64,000 nucleotides of DNA from Bdellovibrionota bacterium. GTDB lineage: Bacteria; Bdellovibrionota_G; JALEGL01; DATDPG01. The notes beneath the pieces are model-generated. The model did not search any database and was not told the origin of the DNA. It saw nothing but the letters and a program-made list of their open reading frames with translations. Of this stretch, positions 34,009-43,814 are shown piece after piece. The stretch covers positions 320,001-384,000 of the forward strand of contig OY764265.1 in the NCBI GenBank assembly GCA_963668355.1, written 5' to 3'. The position numbers and the translations under genes are program-made. How positions within the stretch are numbered: position 1 is the stretch's first letter; each line of letters opens with the position of its first letter.

Positions 34009-35085
34009 ATGAATCAACCCAGTCTACCCAATCTCTTTCAGGCTTGCGCATATCGGTATGCAAAGGAGCCCTTTTTATACGCGCAGAGCTCAGAAAGTGA
34101 TTGGTTTTCAAAGACTTGGGATGAAATCGCCCTGGCGGTTCATCGAATGGGCTCGGGCCTACTGTCTGAGTCGATCGCTCCCGGAGATTCCGTTGGAATC
34201 TGGGCTCAAAACTCGATTCCCTGGGTCATTTTGGATTTGGCCGCCCTTTCCATTGGAGCTTGCCCCCTCGCCATTCCCGTTTCGACCTCTCAACTTGAGC
34301 TCAAAGAGTGGGTCCAAAAGCACAACATCAAGCTCTTGGTCGTGGATTCCTGGAACGAGTGGAAACAAATTCGTTCGTGGAAAAAAAGCTCTCCTCAACT
34401 GAATACGGTCGTCGTTTTAAACGAACCTCACGAAACGGAACGGATTGAAAAAGATGCCATCGGTTTCGACGAATTGATGCAAAATGAAATGGCTCAAAGT
34501 CCTCAGTCTTTTTTCGAACGGTTGGCTGCGATTTCGCCCGAAGACCCAGCCCTCTTTTTGGCTCCGGGTCATTGCCTTTCTCACCAAGAACTCGCTAACG
34601 AAATACTTGAGATGGCCAAACACCTTCCGCTTCGTTCGGGGGATCTCCATTTGTCTCAAATATCTCTCTCAAACCCCTTAGAACGTCTGGGACTATATTC
34701 CTTGATCACGTTGGGAGGGCGCATCGCCTATCCCTCTTCGCCGAGTACAGCCTTCCACCACATGAAATCTTTGGAGCCTTCCCTTACGATTGCCCTGACG
34801 GATGATCTTCAAAAACTCAAAGACGATCTTGAAAGCACCGTTCAAGATCGAAACTTTCTGGCCAGACATCTTTTTAAGCGATTTACTTCCTCCCCAGCCA
34901 CGCAAGGGTTATCTCGAAAGCTCAAAAACAAATTGGTTTTGTCTTCCACGCGCCAACACCTGGGGAAGAATTTTCGCCTCATCATTTGTGAACAGTCTCG
35001 ACTGTCCGGAGAAGAGCTGTTCTTCTTCGAGAATCTCGGAGTTTCGATTGAGCGAAAAGAAACGCCTTCTCCACCTCTCACCTAA
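34009..35085 (+). CDS. Truncated/degenerate long-chain acyl-CoA synthetase-like (AMP-binding) protein
   Basis: N-terminus resembles FadD (GDSVGIWAQNSIPWVILDLAALSIGA) but lacks YTSGTTG, YGxTE and the C-terminal domain. Confidence 0.65.
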   Translation: MNQPSLPNLFQACAYRYAKEPFLYAQSSESDWFSKTWDEIALAVHRMGSGLLSESIAPGDSVGIWAQNSIPWVILDLAALSIGACPLAIPVSTSQLELKEWVQKHNIKLLVVDSWNEWKQIRSWKKSSPQLNTVVVLNEPHETERIEKDAIGFDELMQNEMAQSPQSFFERLAAISPEDPALFLAPGHCLSHQELANEILEMAKHLPLRSGDLHLSQISLSNPLERLGLYSLITLGGRIAYPSSPSTAFHHMKSLEPSLTIALTDDLQKLKDDLESTVQDRNFLARHLFKRFTSSPATQGLSRKLKNKLVLSSTRQHLGKNFRLIICEQSRLSGEELFFFENLGVSIERKETPSPPLT

Positions 35086-35188
35086 AAATAGCCTTTTTAT
35101 CCTTTATTATTAAATACTTGAACGTTTTTACACGGTTTTTGAAATTCTGTGCTAAGGTGCCTTCGTTCTAAGTGCATGGGGGCATGAA

Positions 35189-37087
35189 TTGAGTTCAACC
35201 ACAAAACGCAAAACAAAACCGGTTCTTCCTGTGCTTCAAGAAATGAAGCCATCGAAGGTGTTTTGCAATGCCATTGTCGAAGAGCCCGCCAACACACTCG
35301 TTCCAGGTAAAGGAGCCGGAATGTGGCTCTTGGACAAAGAAACCATGCAGGTTCTTTGGGTCAATGAAGTTATGGAAGAGATTTATGGGCCCTTGGAAAA
35401 GATTCAAGGAAAGCATTGCTATGAAGCCTTTCGGAAAAGATCGAAAGCTTGCGAAGAGTGTTTGCCTCAAAAAGCCTCCGAAACCGGAAACATCGTAACC
35501 GGGTACATCTCTCGAATCACCCGAGGAGGCATTCATCGTCATTACCAAGTCATCGAAACCCCGATGGTGGATGAAAGTCAGAAGACGAATCGCGTTCTAG
35601 AAATCGTGTTGGATGTTACCGAGAAAATTCGAATGGAACAGACCATTCAGAATTCTGAACGAGAACATCGGGCTCTGTTTGAACATGCAGGCATTGCGGT
35701 TTCTGTAAGCGATCAAGATGGAAAACTGCTTAAGGTCAATCAAGCTTTCGAAAACCTTTCAGGCTACCCCCGCAGCAAGATTGAAGACAAAATGAACCAG
35801 TCGGAGTTCATTCACCCCAGAGATCTTCATCGAATCACGCGATACAGCAAAGACCGGGCCCGAAAGGGGAAGAACCCTCCCACCAGCTATGATTTCACGT
35901 TCTTGGATCGAAAGAAGAACGAACGCTTGGTTCAAATCGTTGTCAGCACCATGCCCAATGGCAACCAGATTTGTTCGATTACCGACATCACAGAGCAGAA
36001 AAAACTCGAGAAGGAAATTCGGGATAAAGAGCAACTCCTCAATAACATTCTTCGCCATTCTGTAGAGGCCATCATCGCGACCGACCCCAAAGATCAGATT
36101 CGATCATGGAATCACGGCGCGAAACTCATGTTTGGCTATTCTCAACAAGAAGTCCTGGGTCGAAAACTTCGGTTTTTATTTACGCCGGAATTTAGAAGAA
36201 GCAAAAAACTCTCGGCCATCAACAAAGAGTTCCACAAAAAAAGTTTCATCAAAGCCTTTGAGGCGCATGGAAAAACCAAAGACGGCAAACATATCCTTTT
36301 GGAAATCACACGAACGGCGCTCTTGGACGAGAATGGGAAAGAACAAGGAAGCTCTGCCATCCTTCGAGATGTAACCGAGTTACGGCGCTTGGAACGACAG
36401 AACGTTGACCAAGAAAAGATGGTGGCCCTAGGAGAAATGGCTGCCAGCCTGGCCCATGAAATCAAAAATCCGCTCAACTCCATGGTGATCAACCTTGAAG
36501 TGCTAAAGAACCATTTCAACCTGGCTTCATCGGCCAAAAAAGAGACATACTATCGATACATCGGGATCATCGAGTCTGAGGTTAAACGTTTGGATAAGGT
36601 CATGCGTGGAGTCTTGGATTTTTCAAAACCCATGAAAACGCCCTTTGCTCAGGTCGACCTGGAAAAATCGATTCGACAAGTTCTCACGCTGGTCTCCCCC
36701 GAAGCCAAAAAAAACAAAATCACAATCAAAACAAAGATTTCGGAAAACCTCCCCCGCGTGGATGGTGTTGAAGATTACATGAAGCAAATTCTCCTCAACC
36801 TCACACTCAATTCATTTCAAGCCATGTCCAACGGAGGGGTTTTTTCGATCGAGTGCATGTCAAACAACGACCATCAAGTTCAAATGCACATTAAAGATAC
36901 TGGATGTGGAATTCCCCGAAAGAATGTGAATCGAATTTTTGATTTGTATTTCTCGACAAAAGAGAAAGGGAGTGGTTTAGGACTTCCTCTTGTTAAGCGC
37001 TTGGTGACTGTCCAAGGGGGAAGTATTGAATTCTCAAACCGGCCCAAAGGGGGAACCCAGTTCACGCTGACATTTCCTCATACGTAG
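35189..37087 (+). CDS. Cytoplasmic multi-PAS sensor histidine kinase (NtrB-like)
   Basis: Three PAS-like domains (the first with CYEAF...CEEC), AHEIKNPL H-box, DTGCGI, GSGLGL; no transmembrane helix seen. Confidence 0.93.
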   Translation: MSSTTKRKTKPVLPVLQEMKPSKVFCNAIVEEPANTLVPGKGAGMWLLDKETMQVLWVNEVMEEIYGPLEKIQGKHCYEAFRKRSKACEECLPQKASETGNIVTGYISRITRGGIHRHYQVIETPMVDESQKTNRVLEIVLDVTEKIRMEQTIQNSEREHRALFEHAGIAVSVSDQDGKLLKVNQAFENLSGYPRSKIEDKMNQSEFIHPRDLHRITRYSKDRARKGKNPPTSYDFTFLDRKKNERLVQIVVSTMPNGNQICSITDITEQKKLEKEIRDKEQLLNNILRHSVEAIIATDPKDQIRSWNHGAKLMFGYSQQEVLGRKLRFLFTPEFRRSKKLSAINKEFHKKSFIKAFEAHGKTKDGKHILLEITRTALLDENGKEQGSSAILRDVTELRRLERQNVDQEKMVALGEMAASLAHEIKNPLNSMVINLEVLKNHFNLASSAKKETYYRYIGIIESEVKRLDKVMRGVLDFSKPMKTPFAQVDLEKSIRQVLTLVSPEAKKNKITIKTKISENLPRVDGVEDYMKQILLNLTLNSFQAMSNGGVFSIECMSNNDHQVQMHIKDTGCGIPRKNVNRIFDLYFSTKEKGSGLGLPLVKRLVTVQGGSIEFSNRPKGGTQFTLTFPHT

Positions 37088-37108
37088 TAAGAAAGGATTG
37101 ATGTAGTC

Positions 37109-38497
37109 ATGACAGAGCCTGAAGCCATATTTGAAGTTCCTTCTTCAGCCAAACGAATCCTCGTGGTGGATGATGAAGATTCGGCCCGCCTTGGATTGGC
37201 TGAACTCTTGGAAAGTTGGGGTTACGTAACCGAAACGGCCGAAGATGGACGTGTGGCCATCACAAAAATGAAGTCCTTTCACCCGCACCTCATCCTCTGT
37301 GATTTGGTCATGCCCCGCATGGATGGACTGGCGTTGCTCAAGAAAATTAAGCCGGAAGAAACGCTCTTCATCATGTTGACGGCGCAGGGGACCATCGACT
37401 CTGCCGTCGACGCGGTAAAATCCGGCGCCTATGACTACCTCACAAAACCTGTGGACATTGTCCGATTAAAACATCTTCTTGAAAACTTAAGTCAAAAGAT
37501 GGAAACCGAGGACGAAGTAAAGCGACTTCGACGGCAACTCAGACAACTCGGTTCGTTTGGAAAACTCATCGGAACAACACCCGCGATCCAGGATGTGTTC
37601 CATCAAATCGAGTTGGCCGCACCCAGCACAGCCTCGGTCATCATTTATGGGGCCAGCGGAACCGGGAAAGAGCTGGTGGCTCGAGCGATTCATGACATGA
37701 GCCCTCGAAGCAATGGACCGTTTGTACCCATCAATTGTTCGGCCATTCCCGGCACACTTTTGGAAAGCGAATTATTCGGTCACGAAAAAGGGGCTTTCAC
37801 CGGTGCCATCAAAACCAAAGAGGGCTGTTTTGAGCTGGCTGACGGGGGAACGTTATTCTTGGATGAAATTGCCACCATGGCCATTGACCTTCAAAGCAAA
37901 CTCCTACGCGTTTTGGAGAATGGCACGTTTCGTCGCGTTGGCGGAAAAGAAGAACTCCACACCAAAGTCCGAATCATTGCCGCTTCCAATATTGAACTCG
38001 AAGAAGCCATCAAAGAGGAAATGTTTCGGCAAGACCTCTACTACCGCCTCAACGTTTTTCAATTGGGTCTTCCGAAACTCAAAGAACGCATTGCGGACAT
38101 TCCCATTTTGGCTCAGCATTTCATCGAAGAGTTCGCCAAAATCAATCAAAAGAAAGTTCGCAGCATCTCTCCCAATGCCTTAAATGTTTTAAAAAACCAT
38201 GATTGGCCGGGAAATGTTCGTGAACTTCGAAACACCATGGAAAGAGCCGTCATCGTCTCACGCTCTCGAATCATTCAGGCAGAAGATCTTCCAGAAAACA
38301 TTCGCGAAAATAAAACCGAAGGCCCCAGCATCACCGTTTCGCTGGGAACCACCATCGAAGATATGGAACGCCTCATGATTCAACGAACCTTGGATTTTGC
38401 GGGAGGCAACAAGACTGAAGCAGCCAAGACGTTGGGAATCAGTTTGAAAACGCTTCACAACAAACTCAACCGCTTCCGAACAAAAGGCCATATATAG
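37109..38497 (+). CDS. Sigma54-dependent response regulator (NtrC family)
   Basis: REC domain, GASGTGKE, GAFTGA, LFLDEI, WPGNVREL, Fis-type HTH. Confidence 0.96.
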   Translation: MTEPEAIFEVPSSAKRILVVDDEDSARLGLAELLESWGYVTETAEDGRVAITKMKSFHPHLILCDLVMPRMDGLALLKKIKPEETLFIMLTAQGTIDSAVDAVKSGAYDYLTKPVDIVRLKHLLENLSQKMETEDEVKRLRRQLRQLGSFGKLIGTTPAIQDVFHQIELAAPSTASVIIYGASGTGKELVARAIHDMSPRSNGPFVPINCSAIPGTLLESELFGHEKGAFTGAIKTKEGCFELADGGTLFLDEIATMAIDLQSKLLRVLENGTFRRVGGKEELHTKVRIIAASNIELEEAIKEEMFRQDLYYRLNVFQLGLPKLKERIADIPILAQHFIEEFAKINQKKVRSISPNALNVLKNHDWPGNVRELRNTMERAVIVSRSRIIQAEDLPENIRENKTEGPSITVSLGTTIEDMERLMIQRTLDFAGGNKTEAAKTLGISLKTLHNKLNRFRTKGHI

Positions 38498-38705
38498 CCA
38501 TATAAACCCATACGTACTTTTTACACGTTTAAGCATTCTTAGCATATTTTTCTAACTATTTAATTTTTATACGTTTTTTAGGTTGGAAATGTAAAAGTTA
38601 CGTGTGATTCCCACGCGCAAGGCCTTTAAAAAATCTTAACGAACCGAGATAGAATTTATTCAATTATTTTAAGTGGATAGAGATGTCGCATTCCGCACCC
38701 CTTTT

Positions 38706-38721
38706 TGGTATGCGACTTGCT
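38706..38721 (+). promoter_or_regulatory. Sigma54 promoter 1
   Basis: TGGTATGCGACTTGCT: GG-N10-GC with TTGC. Confidence 0.75.
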
Positions 38722-38731
38722 AACCCCAATG

Positions 38732-38918
38732 TCAAAGCTAGGAACAAGACTTAGCCTAGGGTATTTGAGAGCACTCTATTTGCCACTACCTCATTTCCCC
38801 CTACGCAATGGTCTGTAGAGTTTCCCTGACTAAGTAAGTTCCTGGTTAATACAGATAGATGGCCCGAGGTGCTGCCCTTCCCCTCCTTCGACAGCGCTTC
38901 GGGCCATCTTCTTTGTGT
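38732..38918 (+). ncRNA. Candidate sigma54-dependent sRNA, copy 1
   Basis: Long hairpin 38736-38847 with loop ACCTCATTTCCCCCTACG; 18-bp hairpin 38857-38909 with loop containing CCCTCCTTC; T-rich tail; G-U pairs favour the + strand. Confidence 0.75.
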
Positions 38919-39086
38919 GTATTTTCTTCCCCCACATCTCAAATGTAATTTTTACACTACCGCTTCGACCTCCCGTGTAAAAAATACCTTATTTGGACTT
39001 TCTTCCATCATCACGAATCTGACGGAAAATTTTTTATTCCTTTGTTTTTAATGGGTTATGTTTTTTTCTTGAGTGTTTTTTAAGTT

Positions 39087-39102
39087 TGGCACAAATCATG
39101 CT
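39087..39102 (+). promoter_or_regulatory. Sigma54 promoter 2
   Basis: TGGCACAAATCATGCT: TGGCAC...GC with exact GG-N10-GC spacing. Confidence 0.75.
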
Positions 39103-39112
39103 GTTCCGGTGG

Positions 39113-39310
39113 GCGAAGTTGATCTTTGAAATTGCGATTCTTTTAGTATAGAGCCTTTGGCTTCATGGTGAATGCCACCTCATTTCCCCCTACGAACTGG
39201 CATTCCCGTTAAGTGACGCCTAGGGAACGAACGAATCGCATATATAAGCGCCCCGATCTTTGGATGTTATTCCCTCCTTCAAAATCATCCTTGGTCGGGG
39301 CGTCTTAATT
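39113..39310 (+). ncRNA. Candidate sigma54-dependent sRNA, copy 2
   Basis: Hairpin 39133-39240 carrying the identical 18-nt motif; hairpin 39248-39303 with loop containing CCCTCCTTC. Confidence 0.75.
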
Positions 39311-39345
39311 TCCAGGAAGAAACCCGACTTCACCTCGCCAAAGAT

Positions 39346-41781
39346 TCAACCGATTCGAACCAAGTTTAAGCGTTCACTCCAAACTTCGCTAACCATCCAA
39401 TGGAGCACTTTGTTTTCAGGCTCCAGCAAGTCCGGATCTCTCTCCAGGAGAGAGAATGCTTCTCGGCGAGCGGCCTCGAGCAGATCGAGGTCTCGAGGGA
39501 AAACCGCCAATTTGAACGTCGGGTAACCCGATTGAGCCGTACCGAAAAAATCTCCTGGGCCCCGAACCCTCAAATCCTCTTCGGCCAACAGAAACCCATC
39601 GTGAACGTCCACAAACACATTTAAGCGCTCCTTAGCTTGCTTACTCACCTTGGGAGGACAAATGAGGTAACAAAAAGAACGTTCCTCTCCTCGCCCCACT
39701 CTTCCTCGAAGCTGGTGCAACTGAGCTAGTCCAAATCTTTCGGGATGTTCAATCACCATGATGGTGGCATTGGGCACATCAATCCCAACCTCAATGACGG
39801 TCGTGGAAACCAAGAGTTGAATTTTTCCCTGATGAAACTCTTTCATGATGAGTTCCCGTTCCAAGCCCGGCATTTGACCGTGAATCAATTCAACACGGAT
39901 ATTCGGAAAGACATTCTGACGAAGCTCATCGGCCATGGTTGTGGCATCTCTCGCCTCCAATCGATCCGAAGGATTCACAAGAGGATAAACAACATAGGCC
40001 TGCCGACCTTCTTGCACCGCCTTTTTGATTTCGGCATACACCTTACTTCGTCCTCTTTCCGTGACCATTTCGGAAACAATGGGCTTTCGACCTTTGGGAA
40101 GTTCATCCAAGATGGATACGTCCAGATCTCCATAGAGCGTCAACGCCAAAGTCCTTGGAATGGGCGTAGCAGACATAACCAAAACATCCGGTTCTTGAGC
40201 TTTGGTTCTGAGCACAGCTCTCTGTCGAACGCCAAAACGGTGTTGTTCGTCCACGACTACCAATCCCAGCGCCTGGAATTCGACACCTTTCTCCAACAAG
40301 GCATGTGTCCCCACCAACACGTCAATCTTTCCTTCTTTGAGTCTCTGAATCGTTTCTTGCTTCTGAGCCGGTTTCTGTTTTCCCAAAAGGGACTCGATCT
40401 TCACATCCACACTCAATGCCCACTGTTTCAAGGTGTGCATGTGCTGTTCCGCCAGAATCTCGGTGGGAGCCATGAAAGCTACTTGTCGCCCGTGATCAAT
40501 GGCGGAAAGTGCAGCTAAGAAGGCCACAATGGTTTTTCCGCTACCAACATCTCCCTGCAACAAACGATTCATGGGATGGGGAGAAGCCATATCTTCTCGA
40601 ATGGACTTCAGGACTCGCTTCTGAGCCTCGGTCAACTCAAAAGGAAGTTCCCCCAAAAGTTTTTCTCCTCGCGGAGAAGACTTCTGAAACGAAAATCCAT
40701 TCCCTTTTTTAATGGATTGTTTTTGCAAGCCCAGTGACAAGCAGTAAAAGAACAATTCTTCAAACGACAACACCTCTTGAGCCTTGGAACGAATCTCAGG
40801 ATCCGGCAAGGAAGAAGGGAAATGAATCCAACGCACTGCCTTCCATGGAGGCGTTAAGTCGTGCCGCTCTGCAATGGCCTTTGGAATCACCCCTTGACGA
40901 AAATGAGAAAAGTGCGCCACCGCATTGTGCAGAATTCTTCGAATGGTTTTTTGATAAATCCCGCCAACCTCTCGATAAACCGGAACGATCCGACCAAAAC
41001 TGATGGAATCCAAATCGCCCTTAAAAACTTCGAAGTCCGGATGGTGCATCTCCATTCGAGAACGGAATTTTTTCACTTTTCCGCACACGATGATTTTATG
41101 AGTTTTCTGAATGCGATCTTCCAAAGAACCATGAGAAAACTGAAACCATTTGAGCTTCAATTCACCCGTTCCATCTTTAACGATCACCTCAAAAATTTTT
41201 CTCCGTAAGCCGCGATAATAGGCCACGCCGGAAAACTCTACTTCACCAATGACCGTCGCTTTCTCTCCCTCATGGAGCTGCCCAATTTTTTGAATCTGCC
41301 GACGATCTTCGTAACGGGAGGGAAAATGGTTCAAAAGATCCCCAACGTTTTTGATGCCCACTCGTCCCAAACGTTCTCCCAAAGCCGGCCCAACCCCTTT
41401 CACAAACTGGACCTTCCCATCCAATTTCTTTTGTGACGCCTTAATTTCTTTCAGAGAAATCGAAGCATATTCCTCCCTCTGAAAATATCGAATTTCGGGA
41501 TCGGCAGGTTTGACTCTCGTGATCGTAAAAGCTTTTCGCACTCGGGAAAGTTGTTCTTTCTCCGAAAGATCCTCAAATCCCGAAAACAGTTCTTGAACCA
41601 AGCGAAAGACCCTTTTTTCTTCTTCATTTATAGAGCTGGCCAAAGCCGAACGACAGGTCTTCCGAATATGGATCGAAAGCGCTTCTGGACCTTGAACCTT
41701 TGTTTTCTTTTCATCTTCGTAAAATGAAAGGGGCCTTTCAATGGCCGATAAGAAATTGACGTTCTTTTCCTCTTGAGACAC
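39346..41781 (-). CDS. recG: ATP-dependent DNA helicase RecG
   Basis: LQGDVGSGKT, DEQHRFG, MSATPIPRTL, QLHQLRGRVGRG. Confidence 0.97.
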   Translation of the reverse strand: MSQEEKNVNFLSAIERPLSFYEDEKKTKVQGPEALSIHIRKTCRSALASSINEEEKRVFRLVQELFSGFEDLSEKEQLSRVRKAFTITRVKPADPEIRYFQREEYASISLKEIKASQKKLDGKVQFVKGVGPALGERLGRVGIKNVGDLLNHFPSRYEDRRQIQKIGQLHEGEKATVIGEVEFSGVAYYRGLRRKIFEVIVKDGTGELKLKWFQFSHGSLEDRIQKTHKIIVCGKVKKFRSRMEMHHPDFEVFKGDLDSISFGRIVPVYREVGGIYQKTIRRILHNAVAHFSHFRQGVIPKAIAERHDLTPPWKAVRWIHFPSSLPDPEIRSKAQEVLSFEELFFYCLSLGLQKQSIKKGNGFSFQKSSPRGEKLLGELPFELTEAQKRVLKSIREDMASPHPMNRLLQGDVGSGKTIVAFLAALSAIDHGRQVAFMAPTEILAEQHMHTLKQWALSVDVKIESLLGKQKPAQKQETIQRLKEGKIDVLVGTHALLEKGVEFQALGLVVVDEQHRFGVRQRAVLRTKAQEPDVLVMSATPIPRTLALTLYGDLDVSILDELPKGRKPIVSEMVTERGRSKVYAEIKKAVQEGRQAYVVYPLVNPSDRLEARDATTMADELRQNVFPNIRVELIHGQMPGLERELIMKEFHQGKIQLLVSTTVIEVGIDVPNATIMVIEHPERFGLAQLHQLRGRVGRGEERSFCYLICPPKVSKQAKERLNVFVDVHDGFLLAEEDLRVRGPGDFFGTAQSGYPTFKLAVFPRDLDLLEAARREAFSLLERDPDLLEPENKVLHWMVSEVWSERLNLVRIG

Positions 41782-41783
41782 GT

Positions 41784-42425
41784 CTATACCGAACTCTTAT
41801 AAACCTGTTCTACGGATAAGTGTTGATAGTGCTCTTTTTTCCATTTCATATGGGAAAGTTCGAACAGAAAATCATTCAATTGCTCCGGCTTCGTGATGGA
41901 GCGCTTTTTGATCTCTTTCGCAATGAAATCTTTGGTTTGGCGAGGATGAACTTGGATGGTGTCGCAAAAATGCCATTCGTCCTTAAAAGAAACCATTCGA
42001 AGATCAACCAAGTCTCCTCGGTTCAGTCCCATCAGCGAGCCATCTTTTTCAATGCGTCTGACTTCTCCCGAAACCATATCTTCAAACACCTCGTGGTTTC
42101 CCTTAGATCCTTGATAGACACAAAGACTTCTCACGGTTCTTTGCATCGATTTGAGGGACTCCAACTCTTCGGCTTCGACCTTTTCGCCAAACATGAGGTA
42201 GTACACTCGAATGGGAGGAATGGACAGGCCCTCCAAGTTTCGATCAAAGAGATACCATTCCAAAAACATGCTCATTTGATGTTCAAAGGAGGGGTCATCT
42301 TCAAAAACTTTTCCAGACCTCTCGAAGTATGTGTTTTTGGCACGGCCGAGTTCTTCCAAGTAACCCGTTCGGGTAAAAAATCGCCCAACACGCTCATACG
42401 TTTTCTTAAATGCCGTATCGGTCAT
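41784..42425 (-). CDS. Hypothetical protein
   Basis: 213-aa ORF between pyrC and recG (FLEWYLFDR); no recognised function. Confidence 0.7.
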   Translation of the reverse strand: MTDTAFKKTYERVGRFFTRTGYLEELGRAKNTYFERSGKVFEDDPSFEHQMSMFLEWYLFDRNLEGLSIPPIRVYYLMFGEKVEAEELESLKSMQRTVRSLCVYQGSKGNHEVFEDMVSGEVRRIEKDGSLMGLNRGDLVDLRMVSFKDEWHFCDTIQVHPRQTKDFIAKEIKKRSITKPEQLNDFLFELSHMKWKKEHYQHLSVEQVYKSSV

Positions 42426-42461
42426 GCTATCCCCTCACATTTTTCCGAGAAAACTTCCGCT

Positions 42462-43757
42462 TCAAACCTTTTTTCCAAAGTTTGAATACACCCTTTTCCC
42501 ATCCACCCAAGTGGATCGAATTTCCCCCCAGCCAGATGCCCCCCAAAAAGGAGAATTCGATGACTTTGATTTCGTTTTTTCTTTTTCAAAATTCGTTTCC
42601 GGCGCAGGGTCAAAAATAACAACATCCGCAGGAGATCCCTTTTTTAAGGATCCACCTTCAATGCCCATAATTCGAGCGGGTTTGCATGACATCACGTCGA
42701 TTAACTGCGTTAAGTCCATCGAACCTTTTTTCACCAAACGCATGAGAAGAGAGAACGCCGTTTCCAACCCAACAATTCCATTGGGAGCCTTTTCAAAAGG
42801 AAGGTCTTTTTCCTTGGCGGCATGAGGAGCATGATCCGAAGCCACAACATCAATCCAGCCCTGGATCAGTCCTTGAACAACCGCCTGGCAATCGCTTTCC
42901 AATCGAAGGGGAGGATTCATTTTGGCATTCGTTCCATGCGTCCGTATGGCGTCTTGGGTCAAAAAGAGGTGATGAGGTGTCACTTCTGCCGTAATCTTTG
43001 ATGCCCGATGTTTAAACGCCGCCAGCAATTGAACCGACTCCTCACAGGAAAGATGCGCCAAATGAAGAGGCGCATCCAACTCCACCGCCAGCATCAACGA
43101 ACGAGCGACATCAATCGTTTCTGAGGAACGGGGAACCCCTTCCAAGCCCATCTTCGCAGCCACTTCACCATTGTGAATGGTGGGCCTTGGCAAAAAGGAA
43201 TTTTCTTCACAATGCTCAATGATGACCGAGTTGAGTTGTTTGGCCATAATGAGGGCTTCTCGCATCACCTGAGCATCATTTACGGGACAACCATCATCCG
43301 AAAAAGCGACACAGCCGGCTTCCTTTAACTCTCGTAAAGGAGCCAGCTCTTTTCCCCGTTGACCCAGGGTCACCGCTCCAATCGGAAGCACTTTGCAAGC
43401 TGCCTCCTTCCTGACTTTCTCCAGGATTAAGCGGGTCACTTCCACGGAATCATTCACGGGCACCGTATTGGGCATGCATAAGACAGTGGTAAAACCACCC
43501 GCCACGGCCGCCTGACTGCCAGAGCGAATATCTTCCTTTTCGGTCTGACCCGGATCTCTCAAGTGAACATGGACGTCGATGAATCCCGGGGCCACCACGC
43601 ATCCGGACGCATCCACAACTTCATCTGCATCCCCAACGGGGGTATCAGAAGGTTCAACCAGGGCTTCAACGTGACCCCCTTGAAGAACCAGGTCCATTTT
43701 TTGATCCATCCCTTGGGAGGGGTCAATTACTCTTCCGTTTCGAATCCATGTTTTCAC
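42462..43757 (-). CDS. pyrC: Dihydroorotase (type I)
   Basis: PGFIDVHVHLRDPG, MPNT, KMNPPLR, ASDHAPH. Confidence 0.95.
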   Translation of the reverse strand: MKTWIRNGRVIDPSQGMDQKMDLVLQGGHVEALVEPSDTPVGDADEVVDASGCVVAPGFIDVHVHLRDPGQTEKEDIRSGSQAAVAGGFTTVLCMPNTVPVNDSVEVTRLILEKVRKEAACKVLPIGAVTLGQRGKELAPLRELKEAGCVAFSDDGCPVNDAQVMREALIMAKQLNSVIIEHCEENSFLPRPTIHNGEVAAKMGLEGVPRSSETIDVARSLMLAVELDAPLHLAHLSCEESVQLLAAFKHRASKITAEVTPHHLFLTQDAIRTHGTNAKMNPPLRLESDCQAVVQGLIQGWIDVVASDHAPHAAKEKDLPFEKAPNGIVGLETAFSLLMRLVKKGSMDLTQLIDVMSCKPARIMGIEGGSLKKGSPADVVIFDPAPETNFEKEKTKSKSSNSPFWGASGWGEIRSTWVDGKRVYSNFGKKV

Positions 43758-43814
43758 GTAAGAGCTGTTCTACCTCATCTCATCCCGAGCTTGAAGTGTA
43801 AAACCATAGCCTCA

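Noticed and set aside
38500..39345. CRISPR array or small ORFs (38751-38942, 38869-39051) explaining the repeats
   Set aside because: Only two short repeats ~390 bp apart, no cas genes; the ORFs lack RBS or protein-like features and are not shared between the two units.
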